DNA of 64,000 nucleotides from Lama glama (lineage: Eukaryota): the NCBI GenBank assembly GCA_028534125.1, contig CM052817.1:13394001-13458000 (forward strand). Reading direction: 5' to 3'. Positions 1 to 12,285 of the stretch are shown here, piece after piece. The notes below the pieces were generated by a model, which was given only the letters and a program-made list of their open reading frames with translations, was not told the origin of the DNA and did not search any database. A program made the translations under genes and the position numbers. Every line of letters starts with the position of its first letter. The first letter of the stretch is position 1.

Positions 1-39
1 ATTTTACTCTTTTTCACTTCTGAGTAGTATTCCATTATG

Positions 40-84
<45 letters not shown>

Positions 85-363
85 GAATACATATATATGT
101 ATATACCACATCTTCTTTATCCAGTCATCTGTCAGTGGGTATTTAGGTTGCTTCCGTATCTTGGCGGCTGTTGTAAATAGTGCTGCTGTGAATATTGGGG
201 TGCAGGTGTCTTAGTTTGATGCAGCTGTTATGGAAAACAGTACAGAGATTCCTTAAAAAACTAAAAGTAGACTTACCATGCAATCCAGCAATCCCACTCC
301 TGGGCAGATATCTGGAGGGAACCTCTAATTCAAAAAGACACATGCACCCTAGTGTTCATAGCA
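1..363 (-). mobile_element. L1 fragment with inverted 5' segment (1-212 antisense, 213-363 sense)
   Basis: Both parts align by eye to the L1 at ~63375-63630, in opposite orientations. Confidence 0.85.
42..103. repeat. (CA)n followed by TA-rich microsatellite
   Basis: Visible dinucleotide run inside the L1. Confidence 0.95.
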
Positions 364-814
364 TTCATGTATTTGAATTATCAGATATAAAATAGGGAAG
401 AGCATATCTTGAAATGCTGTTGATTTCTCTAAGTGTAAGTTTCTTCATCTGAAAACAACTGAGGTAATGATAGCACCTACTTCATAGGAACCATTGATTA
501 ATCCATTCAGTTTAGTTATTCAGTACTCAGTTGCTGAGCACGTACTTTATGACCAGCACTACACTGGGTTCAGGAGATCCAAAGATGATTAAGTGAGTTG
601 ACAGCCCACAGGTACAGGGTAGAATTAAATGAAATAAGGTAGGTAAAGTGACCAGCACCATGCCTGTCACACAGAAAGCTCACATTCCAGACCGAACCAC
701 CTGTTTTCCTTTTCCTACCTGTGCATCAGGCATTGTACCCACTATCAGCAGATAAAACGATGAGGGAGAAGCAGGTCTCCTGCTCAGGACTTGGGGAAAG
801 TTTTGAGACATGGC

Positions 815-1907
815 TAAGAGGGCAGGTCTGGATAAAGCCAGCCAAGTTCAAATCCTGGTTCCACCATTTGCAAACTGTGTGAATGTATTCATCTCAGTGC
901 CCAAACATAAAAGTTGAGACAGAGATTTAGATGCAAGCAGCTCATTTAAGGAGGTAATCCCACGAAGCATATGAGGAAAGAGGGGAGGAAGGGGAAGAAT
1001 GACAGAAAGATACTAAAGGATGTATTCATGAGCAGGTTACTGCTGGGACAATTGAGAGTCACACTGGGGTCCCTCTGACTCTGTGCGCCATGGAGGGACA
1101 GAGGGTACTGGGTCAGTTATCCGATTGCTCTTGCCCCTCACTGCTGGAGGCTCACTCTAAGACCTTTAACTTTACAAGCTTTGCACATCTATTCCCATAT
1201 CTCAGACAGAGATTCCAGGCAAGTGGTACGGGAACTTTCTGGTAGAATTAGTTCTGTAGGTGTAGTACAGACAGAATGCCCTGTGGTGGCTTCATCTCTA
1301 AGTCTGTCCCACCCCATAAAACTGAGTGAATAACTGTTTACCTGTGTCTCCTATATTTCCTCTAATACATATACCTCCTGGTACCTATTGGAATAAAATT
1401 TTTTCTTCACCCATAAAAGAGACTTGTGCCCAGCTAGACTGCATTTCCCAGCTTCCCTAGGTGTCCGTGTGACTAAGTTGTGACCAGTGGAATGTAGTAG
1501 GAAGATGTGAGCCTCTCTCAGACCTGGGAATTAAGGTCCTAGGCATATCTTCTCCATGTTCTTTGTTCCCACCTAGACACATAAACATGGCAGAGAGCCA
1601 GCTTTGACCACGCAGATGAGAACAGTGCCCTGAGAATGACCGAGAAGCCCAGATGCAAGGAAGCGAGTCTTTGAATGGCCACATAGAGCAGAGTTACCCC
1701 AGCCAGCTCAGACGCCTCCCATCAGGACTATTACAGGAGGGAGAATAAGCCAGGGTGTCCTGGGGTCCTAGGTAAAAGCGCTTTCCTCGTCTCCGCCAGT
1801 GCATCCCTTCCTGGAGTGGTCGTGAAAGTAAATGAGACAATGAAGTGCTTAGAACAATGCCTGGCACCTGGTAAAGCTCTTGTAAATAATTAGTTGTTAT
1901 TATTATT
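815..1907 (+). mobile_element. MIR split by nested old LTRs (LTR16/LTR33-like ~885-1260; MLT1J-like ~1280-1775)
   Basis: MIR 5' part (gttcaaatcctggttccaccatttgc..tgtgtga) and 3' part (aagtgcttagaacaatgcctggcac...tattattatt) flank ERVL/MaLR-like text. Confidence 0.6.
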
Positions 1908-3086
1908 CCTGCTTGCTAAGGTATGATCTTCTTGGCATGCTCTGAATCACTTAAACTCAGAGTTGGGGATGAATGGAACCCCAAAGAAAATTAAAGGAAC
2001 TGGGTTCAACTACAGGATCTAGATTCTGGATAGACCAAAACTAATGTCCATCACGTGTAATAATGTAACAATAGCTGCTATTATTGAGGGTCTACTAGAT
2101 GCCGGGCCCTTCACTAGGCATTCATCTGATTTTATTCATTCTTACAGCCTCCTTATGGTAAAAGTATTGGTACCCACATTTTCCTGTTGAGAAACAAAGA
2201 CCCTTGGAAATGATGGAGCATCATATTAAAAGCAGTCATCATTTGGGAAAAAGAAAAAAAAACCCTACCTTTAGTGAGAAAAAAAGATTCTCACTAAACT
2301 TTCAGATATTTGGAAATTCAATTGACTTTTAAGAGGACACAATAAATGGCAAACGTGCAGGAAGTTTCTGAGCCACCTGAAGGAAATTTAGGTAACATGC
2401 AACATTTTAATTCTATTTTGTCTGGCTCCGCCACAGCTCACTCTTAAGAGATCATAATCATTAATCACCCAAAGACTTTGTGTCTACACTCAGGCTGCTG
2501 GGAAAGTGATATATCTTGAATTTTAAAGTCACAGTAATGGTCCCCAAGTGAGACCAGAGAACTGATTTTTAGCATTACCCACACAATCAACGTGTCCAGA
2601 CGTACAGGATGGTAGCAGTCATCTCTCCTGGGTTATGACTTTATATAAATATGCATGCAAACATAATGAGACTTTTCATGGGAAAAGTTTCACAGAATCA
2701 CTGCACAGACTCTGCATTTTCATTAAGGGACTATCTTGGGAGCAGGAAGGCAGCTCTCCATTCTGCGGAGAAAATTCCGTTACTTCGACCTCAGGAAGTA
2801 TTTCCTCAGGGAAAAAAACTTCTACCACATGGGTATATTTCCAGTTAATCCTCGCCTCTCTCCAGCCTCCATCAACCACTCCCAGCCCACTCTCCTTCCA
2901 CTAAACCTCTTTCCTCTGGCCTTCGACCAGCCTGGTACAATGGAGCAGCTACCAAAGGGAGTGATCTCTCCTGACTGCAGACTTCTCAGTTTCCAAGAAG
3001 AAAACGTGTGAAAAGGAAGAAAAGCCAAAGTCTCAGCTGGAGAAAAACTGAGTCCAGGAACCATGAGGACCTCGCGGCAGTGGCCG

Positions 3087-3461
3087 GGACAAAGACTCCT
3101 TCTTTGACCAAACTTCAGTCAGGCTCCTTTGTGTCTTCTTACCTCTGTCGTGTCCTTTTCCTGCGGATCTCAGTGTTAGCAAAGAATCCTATCAAGCCAG
3201 TTTATCAAGAATTCCCCTACATTTATTGGTTAATCAAGTTTCTCTTCCCAAATCCTTGATCTCTAATCAGGCCCTCTTAATGCCCAACAAAATTCTTCTT
3301 AATAATTTTCCATTCACTTCTTCTCTCTCCATTGGCTATAAATCCCTGCTTGTTCCTGTTGCGTTTGGAGTTGATTTCCATCTCTCTGACCTATTGCAAT
3401 AGTCTTGAATAGAGCCTTCCTTACCATTTTTAACGTGTCCAGGCAAAATGTTTCTTTTACA
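3087..3461 (+). mobile_element. MER31-like ERV1 solo LTR
   Basis: Starts gacaaagactcc..ttgaccaaacttcagtcaggctcc; contains attggctataaa; ends ttttaca. Confidence 0.7.
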
Positions 3462-3614
3462 CCCTTGGCAAGTCGGGCTGGAAATACCTATTTAATACTA
3501 CCATAGTGAGCTGTGGATTTTAAAAAAACTATCTAGATATGTATCCTGGATGGATGCTCTCATAGACAGGTTTTCAAACAACTTGAGCTTCCTTGTTCTC
3601 TCTTATTGACCTTC

Positions 3615-4180
3615 TGTTACCCAAGGCAAGTCCAACTTGAACAGGTGTTAGGACTTTGTTAAATTAACATTTGCTAAGTGGGGCGCAGGGTGATGACTGC
3701 TACCTGCATTCAACAACAGGTCACATAGAAACTGAAATAGAGAAGTACATTACTCATAGGTCCCGGGGAGAAAGCACACAGCACGCTCCAGGGGCTCCCT
3801 GGGGAGGTCAAAGCAGAATGCAGGCAGAAGGAGGTGGGACCCGGGACACATGCCTTTATCAGGGTTCGTGGGTGAAGGGCACTGGGGTTCCAGGGCTAAG
3901 GCCAGATGGGTTGATTCAAACCAAAAAAGAGTGGGTTTGGGTAAGCTCCAGCGAGGTCTCATCTAAGGGATGTATAAAGGGAAAACTTGCTCACAAGGGC
4001 TGTTGGGAAAGTTACATCAGAAACTTTTTTTGTTTATGACTCCCGGGGCTGTCACCTGGAGCACACACTTGCATAGGGTGGCTAGTGTCAGTTTAAAGCC
4101 CCTGAGGCAGGCTTGGCCAAAAAAAAAAAAAAAATGGGTGCCCAGGTAGCAGTAGCATGGAGTACAGAGCTAAGCTCTCA
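3615..4180 (-). mobile_element. Probable ERV solo LTR, family not resolved
   Basis: tgtta start and LTR-like composition. Confidence 0.35.
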
Positions 4181-4604
4181 ATAATAGACGCACATCTGTC
4201 CATCACCTGGGCTAGATAACTAGCCCCTCCCCATTCAAAGAGGTCGTCCTGAAGCTCAGCGAGGAAACCGAGTGAGGATGCTTTGGAAAAGGTCTACAAA
4301 GGGACGCTGTACTGTGGAGGGGAATAAATATTCAGATGATACTGAGACATTTAGAGAAATGCTAACAATATATGAAGTGAACAACAGAATAACATAAGCA
4401 GTATTCTCCTAATTTTGAACTATGACGTGTGATGACAAAGGTAGGAAATAAAAAACAGTAAAATGTAGAAAGTGGCTACATTTCTTTGGCTAACAGGCCT
4501 CTTTTATACCAGCATGCATTTTCCACATTTTGTTCACTGACCATTTATACATTTAAAATTTAAAAATAAAATAAAATAATTTTAAAAAATTAAAAATAAG
4601 GGTT

Positions 4605-4825
4605 CATAACCCTAATGTAAACTATGGAATTTGGTTGATAATAATGTGTCCCTGTTGGCTCATCAGTTGTACCACAAATGCCACACTGATGAGGGATGTT
4701 GCCGGGAGGGGAATATATATGTGTGGGTGGGGAGGGCTCTGTGCAAACTCTGTATTTTCTGCTCAGTTCTGTTGTAAACCTGAAACTGCTCTAAGAAAAT
4801 AGAGTCTATTAAAAAATAATAATAA
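4605..4825 (+). mobile_element. L1MC-like 3' end
   Basis: aaccctaatgtaaactatgg...tgtaaacctgaaactgctctaa followed by an A-rich tail. Confidence 0.75.
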
Positions 4826-6163
4826 ATGAATTAGAGCCCATAGTTGGAAAATCTGTTTGAGGGACGTTTTGCCATGGATACCAGGTCTCCAAAGGGAAGG
4901 CTGCATTACAGAACCTCTCCCCACAGTCTTTCCAACCCTTTCTCTCCTTTTCCTCCCTGCCTCTCTCTCACTCCCTTGCTCCATTCCCAGAAGAGAAAGC
5001 AAATGTCTCTCTGTCTGAAGCAGAGCTGTTTTTCCCACACCCAGGCCCTTTCTCTGGCTCATCTTCTAAATCAGTTTCTTCCCTTTCCAAAATCCAGTGT
5101 CCTTCAAGAGGTGAATTCTGTGGAATAAATCATTCTTCATCTCATTATACAGGGATTTTGTTCCACACCTCCCCCCGCCCCCCCCGCCACCTCATTGCTG
5201 TCTGTTTTGCACTAAAAGGGATCTAACGTGTGAAAGCACTTGGTAAGCTACAAATCACCATGGAAATGAAAATCAGCTTTCTCATAATTCTCGGGAGCTC
5301 TTATTGTAGTTCGTGTTCTACTGCATTAGTGAGAGTTGCAGGCTTGTCTTTCTCCTGAACCAGATCACGTAAGCGCCAAGGGTTCTTTCTTCCCGGTGAT
5401 ACGCTCAGTGTCTGACATGGGGTAAGTGTTCAAAATATTTGTCAGCTGTAGGAATCAACATCTTTGATGAAAAGTGGAAATTTAAACATAGGATCGATGC
5501 CTTAGTGAGAAAGGGGATCGTGAAACTGGTCAGAAGCTGCCCAGCCAGGGTTCAAATCCCAGGCCTTCCCCTGATGTTTACAAATGAAGAAACGGGTATC
5601 CACAGCCAACCACACACATTATTGTAAGATTATTGGTTAAAACACCCAAAGGGGCTTAGAACAGTTCCTGACACCCAAGTAAGTTTTCATTAAATGGTGG
5701 CTTTTATTTTGTGATTGTATTTAGAATTCTCGTACTTTCCTAGATCAGAGACCCAGAAGCTCAGACACACCCTTGCCAGCTCCCTCTCATTCCGAGCCTA
5801 GACGGCTTCTGCAGAAAATAAAGACGTAGAAGGGAAATAGAAGAATAGTACATAATTTCCCGGCAGCTTCAACCACGCTCTCTTTCCAGCGCTCTTATTA
5901 ATGTACGACATCACCTCCTCTACTAGACGACTGATGCCGTGGGGCAGGTGTTACCTCTGATTTCTCTTTATGTTGCTGGAAACATTTAGCTCAGCGCTTC
6001 ACGCAGACTCGATTCTCAAGGCTGTGTGATAAATGAGGGAAGTGCCAATGACAGGGCTGATCTGAGAACGCAAGGAAAGGTAGAAGTAGATTAGGAATGT
6101 GGGTGGGAGATTCCGAGTGGGGAACCAGGGGTTGACACAGGTCAGCAGTTTTTAAACCGCGGC

Positions 6164-6950
6164 TGTGGAGGTGTGCGATACCGTGATTGTGATCATGTGT
6201 GTGTATATATGTATTTGGTCTTCCTCTTTTGCTCCCGGCGTAGAGCTTCTGAAACCCCTGGAATTTCCTGAGTTATGAGACCCATAAAGCTGTCTTTTCT
6301 TATGTTAGTGAGATAACTTTAGAACCCCAGCTAAGGATGGGGTCTGGTTACCAGGAGAGCCAACCGTGTCATTTGAGGGTTGAAACTTTGAGTTCCACCC
6401 CCCTGACTTCCAGGGAGGGGAGTGGGGCTGAAGGTTGAATGAATTGCCAATGGCCAATGGTTTTATTAATCATGCTTATGTAATGAAGCCGCCATAAAAA
6501 CCCAAAGGGTGATATTTGGAGAGTTTCTGGGTTGGTGGCCATGTGGACACTGGGGAGAGGGCATGGAAACTCTACACCATCCCCCATACCTTGCCCTTTG
6601 CTTTACTTCATCTGACCGTTGATTTTATCCTTTAGTATCTTTTGTAATAAACCAGTAAGTAATCTGGTGAATAAATGGGTTCCTGAGTTCTGTGTGCCAC
6701 GCTAGCAAATTAATCAAACCCAAGGAGGGGGTCATGGGAACCTCTGATTCATAGCCATTTGGTCAGAAGCATCAGTGACAACCTGGAATTGCTACTGGCA
6801 TCCGCAGCAAGGTGGGTGGGTGGGGGCAGTCTTGTGGGACTGAGCCTTAACCTGTGGGATTTGGTGCTATCTCTAGGTAGAAAGTGGCAGAATTGAACTG
6901 AAGTGTAGGATGCTTAGCTGGTCTTGCAGAACTGCTTGGTGGTGTGGAAT
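6164..6950 (+). mobile_element. MER21-like ERVL LTR
   Basis: agagcttctgaaacccctggaatttcctgag...agcaaattaatcaaacccaaggagggggtcatgggaacc...cttgtgggactgagcc, typical of MER21. Confidence 0.8.
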
Positions 6951-7380
6951 CCTTCTCCCCTTCTGGACCCTCTTCCGTCTTCTTCTTCCCCAATCCTGCT
7001 CACGCACACGTTGGAACTGGATGTTAGAATCTTTAAAGTAGCAAAGGGGGAGGAGGTAGCATGAGAAAGAGGCTGAAAAATCCGACCTGCAGCACACTGC
7101 CCCACCCTCTGAACTCTAGTGAGAGAAGTCTCACTTTTATTTCCTTTTATATCCCTTTATAGACACTTCCTATATATGTATAGAAGCCTTTTGCTTAAAA
7201 AGGAAAAACAAAGAGTGTAATTGCCACTTGATGCCTATTCAGGTGCTGGTTCAATTAGATAATGTGATACTTGGGATTCACTTCAAGTCCCTGTCGCTTC
7301 CTGTGTTGACTTCAGAATGTTGTAAGCATTTATTACAACTGCCCCGATTTAAGGGTGACATATTTCCAAGGAGGAGCATG

Positions 7381-7850
7381 TTTTTTTTCATTGAAGTATA
7401 GTCAGTTTACAACGTTGTATCAATTTCTTGTGCACAGCATAATGTGTCACTCATACATATACATGCATATATTCCTTTTCATATTCTTTTTCATTATAGG
7501 TTACTACAAGATATTGAATATAGTTCCCTGTGCTATACAGAAGAAACTTGTTTATTTTATATATAGTAGTTAGTATCTGCAAATCTTGAACACTCGTTTT
7601 ATCCCTCCCCAACCCCTTCCCTCCTGGTGACCATGAGTTTGTTTTCTATGAGAGTCTGTTTCTGTTTTGTAGATCATTTCATTTGTGCTTTTTTTTAGAC
7701 TCCAAATATAAGTGATATCATATGGTATTTTTCTTTCTTTTTCTGGTTTACTTCACTTAGAATGACTATCTCCAGGTCCATCCATGTTGCTGCAAATGAC
7801 ACTACTTTATTCTTTTTTATGGCTGAGTAGTATTCCTTCCATTGTGTTTA
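7381..7850 (-). mobile_element. 5'-truncated lineage L1 3' end
   Basis: Reverse-complement match to the L1 3'UTR at ~63610-63980. Confidence 0.9.
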
Positions 7851-7870
7851 GGTGTGTGTGGGTGTGTGTA

Positions 7871-7918
<48 letters not shown>

Positions 7919-7925
7919 CACACAC
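7850..7925. repeat. (TG)/(TA)n microsatellite
   Basis: Visible run. Confidence 0.9.
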
Positions 7926-8634
7926 CCATTATTTAATCATTTGAATGGCTGGGAGTGCAGACCAAGGCAGTAGTGGTTCTGGTTACTGTGGAGTTTTCTG
8001 TTCTGAGAGATTTTTGATATTTTAGATTTTTCTGTGGAGGTCTGGGAGGGAATTGGAGGGAGAGGGTACTCTGATTTCAGTTGGGCTGCTCACAGGCTCT
8101 AGAGAAAGAAACAGCCCAAAGAAAACCTGTAAGATGGAACCTGTCTAAGAAATTTTCAGGGAAATGAAATTCAACAGCCAACTTAAAGTTGTCTTCCTAT
8201 GCTGTGATTCCTTTACTTACTCTATTCTAAAGTCTTCAGCAATAGCCATCAGCTCTTTGTTAGCTCTGTCTTTTGAATAAAATGTGGGGTGAGAAAAACT
8301 AAGGAGGCTAAAGCACCAGGGTGTGAAGTAAGGCTCCAACCAGAGGTAATCAGGAAGAAATCTGGGATAGACAATTACCAGGCAAATGTGTTTCTCCTAC
8401 GGACACTTCTCAATCTTGAGAGGAGGCTAGAATTCCTGAAAGGTGGAGGACTATTCAGAAAGATCTGTAACTTGACAACACTTGAGTTACTTACTAATTA
8501 TCCCAATAATTACAATAACTAGTGGAACACCTGTCATATCCCAGACACCACATTTACATCCATCGTCTCATTTAGCCTCCACAATAACCCTGGGGAATAA
8601 ATATTACCGATACCTCTATTTATAGAAAAGGAAA

Positions 8635-9037
8635 TTGGCCACTATAACAAATAACCCCAAATCTCAGAAGCTTTCCAAAATAGAAGTTAATTTTTCACTC
8701 AGGTAAAAATGAAAAAGAGTATTCTTCATAAGCATGAAGTTCTGCTCCTCCAGAGGACAGTCAAGGACCCAGACTCTTTCCACCTTGTGGCTCTGCCATG
8801 ATGAAAAAGACTGTGATGATAATCTGCGCCTCCCTGGAAGAACAGAAGTGAGCAACGTCTGCGGAGAGTTTATGCACCTGCTCGGGAAGCAGCGCTCATC
8901 ACTTCTGATGACCTCTCATTGGCCAGAACACAGGTGTGGCCACACCTGACTCCAGTGGGGCTGGGAAAGGAAGACTAGCTGTTTCCTCAGGAAAAAGAGG
9001 AAGAGAGTTTGGGAAACAAGTAGCCAGTATCTCCCAC
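8635..9037 (-). mobile_element. Old MLT1 (J/K-like) MaLR LTR
   Basis: ataacaaataaccccaaatctcag...cattggccagaac..ggccacacctgac..ggggctgggaa. Confidence 0.65.
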
Positions 9038-11145
9038 ATCAGCCAATCATCGTCGCAGCTGATCTAGGAATGTCAAACGGATTTGAAATGAGATTTTTTT
9101 GGTTTAAGATTAGAGAGTTGTTCAGTTCATCCTCACTGATTTGTGGATGTATAACCCTCAATTTCTAAAATGGACTTGAGGTAAGTTACCGAATGACACC
9201 CACAGCTAAAGTGGGAAGAGAACATTAACTTTGGAGCAAACAAATCTGGTTTTCCTCACCTGTAAACTGAGGGTAACGGTGTTTGCTTTACTGCATAATT
9301 GTTACAAATACATAATACACGCAAAGTCCCCACAAGTTTGCCTGGGAAATAGCACAAACTCAATGAATAGCTCTTTTGATGTGATTTTTCTAACAAGCTA
9401 AATAAATAAAGGTGAAATGAGGTTTGGCTAACAAGAGAATCAAAGTATCTAATACATGACTATCTTAAAGTTTTGAAAAATGATAAAGAGGCTGGTACAT
9501 TCAATTCTGAAAAACCTAGTGGCCAAAACAGTGGGAAACATGATCCCAGCCCATGTGCAGAAAGTGAATCAGTTGTCTGTGGAGAAACCCAGAATTTCCT
9601 GACCCTGAAGCTTGAGAGAAATTTTAGGAAAAGGACAGCGGTTTAGGAAGTGGGTCACATTCTCAACCAAAGACCTCAAATGACTAACAAATGTTCTAAA
9701 ACCATCTCTTATTGTCATAATTACCCTCAGGGGCATACAACCAAATCCAAATTTGGGGAAAAAAATCCAAAACACCCAGTTCTATCAGGATCAACAAAAT
9801 AAAATCCAAGTATTCTGATTAATTAACTTGACCCAGGAACAACATGCAAAGATCCACAGGAATGAATGAACACATCCTTTGTGCCTTGGCTCCCCTCGAA
9901 AGGGGTACAAACATCCCATGATGTGTGCAAAAACAATCCAAGGGGCAAGGGAAGAAAATATCTCAACATTCAGCTACATTTATTTTTACCCTGTCCGATT
10001 GTGTTTTTATTTGTTTCAAAAAGTATATATTTTCCTAGTACTACATGTATATATAATCATTTAATAAATGAATATACTTACATTGGTCGAATATGCTCAA
10101 AATGTTTTTTAACTTATATGATCAAAAAAGCCTCTGTTTTAGCTGATCATCCATGAATACTGAATTAATTTTTTTTGTCACAGTCCTTCTTTTGATGCTA
10201 ACTGCAAGGAGGGCAATTAAGGTTATGTACCCTGACCAGTGCCTGTAAGGGTTTTGTTTTCTGAGTTTCTCTTGCCTTTGGGAGACACCATGATAAGTGG
10301 AAAGGACACCAATAATTGAGCAAATTGCAGTGTTCGTGTTCAAATACCACCAAGGTCAAATACAGCTGAGCTGTAGGGAATGACGATGCCATCCCAGTTC
10401 TGTTTTCCTCAGTGAGGGGGATGGGTGAAGAAACAGGTGGCATTTCTAGTAATGTGGGCAGTGCCCTCACCTGGGTGCTTGACGCACAGTAGGTCCTTGG
10501 GGTCGGTTATTTGCCTCTCCTTAAGGGTTCTCCTTACAGGCTCAGCGGCTCTGTCCCAGCCACAGAGACTTCAGTTCGTTCATCCCTGGGGCAGCGTCTC
10601 CCCAGAGAGATCAAATATTCGGTCAAATTCACCTACCATGGCTCCTTTAAGGTAATCATGTAATCATGATATTGGGACTATGCTAAGGTCTCTGAAGTTT
10701 ATGTTTTTAAAAAGAGAGTCCACACCAGAGAAAAATTAAACATTATGATAAGGGAATACCCACTTCCCTTCCTCACCCTGGGGTGAGCCGACTGAACAGA
10801 AAACAGTTCGAATGTATCTCTGCTCTGACATCCCGTGCAAGCCATTGTAATGCGGTGGCTGGTGGGTGACCTCACGGACAGTGTCAGGTTTTCAACCCCC
10901 GCTCCTGTAGGCACCCACTGTGTGAACTTGGGCAAGTCAATTTCCCCCTCAGTGCCTCAGTTTCCTCATCTGTGAATAGCACTCACCTTAAAGGATTGCC
11001 ATGAGGGGAAAATGACTTACACTATTTGAAGTACTTAAAATAAACACTTCTTAAGCACTCAACAAGTATTAGCCATTATTATCAGCGCTTCTCTCTCATT
11101 CCCTATGCGGGGTATTTCTACTGAAATTTTTTTCTTGTAAAAGAC

Positions 11146-12052
11146 TTTTTAAATTTATTGAAGTATAGTTGATTTACATTATTAGTTTCAGGCATACAAC
11201 ATAGTGACTCAATATTTCTACAGAGTACACCCATTCAAAGTTATTATGAAATACTCACTATATTCTCTGCACTGTACATTGCATCCTTCTGACTTATTGA
11301 CTTTGTAACTAGCAGTTTATACATCTTAATCCCCTTCATCTGTCTTGCTCCTCCCTCTCCCCTTCTCCCCTCTCATGCCACTACTTCGTTCTCTGTACTT
11401 TTGAGTCTGTTTCTGTTTTATTAAAATTGTTCGTTTGTTTTAATTTTTAGATTCCACATGTCAATAAAAACATGCATTGTTTTTTTCTCTGAGTTATTTC
11501 ACCAAGCACAATACCCTCCAGGTCCATCCACGTTGTTGCAAATGGCAAGATTTTATTCTTTTCTGGGTGGTGAGTGACATTCCACTGTATGTATATGCCA
11601 CATCTTCTTTATCCTTTCAGCTCTCCATGGGCACCTAGATCACCGTCATATCCTGACTATTGTAAATAATGCTGCTATGAGCATTGGGGTGCACGTAGCT
11701 CTTCAAATTAGTGTTTTCATTTTCTTTGGACATACACCTAGCAGTGCAATTGCTAGCTCATATAGCAGTTCTACTTTTGGCTTTTTGAGGAACCTACATA
11801 CTATTTTCTGTAAGTGCCGCACCAATTTTACGACCACCAACAGTGTGCTAGGGCTCCCTTTTCTCCACACCCTCCCTGACATTTGGTCTTCCATGATAGC
11901 CGTTCTGACAGGTGTGAGGTAGTATCTCATTGTGGTTTTGATTTGCATTTCCCAGATGATTACTGATAGTGAACATCTTTTCATATGGCTGTTGGCCATC
12001 TGTGTGGCATGTTTCTTCCTTGGAAAATATCTACTCAGGTCTTCTGCCTATT
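11146..12052 (-). mobile_element. Older L1 (ORF2 C-terminus plus 3'UTR)
   Basis: ORF 11703-11999 MANSHMKRCSLSVIIWEMQIKTTMRYYLTPVR matches the L1 ORF2p C-terminus. Confidence 0.9.
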
Positions 12053-12285
12053 TTTTTTTTTGTATTTAGTTTTTTTTTTTATTGAAGAGTAGTTTATTTA
12101 CAAAGTTAGTTTCATGTGAACAGCAAAGTGATTCAGTTATACATACACATTTTTTTTCAGATTCTTTTCCCTTGCATCTCATTACAAGGAAATAAATGTG
12201 GTTCCCTGTGCTGTACAGTAGGTCCTTGTTGTTTATCTATTTTATATACAGTAATGGGTATCTACTAATCCCAAACTCCTATTAT
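12053..12285 (-). mobile_element. Short L1 3'UTR fragment with its own poly(T)
   Basis: Same family text as 7381-7600. Confidence 0.8.
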
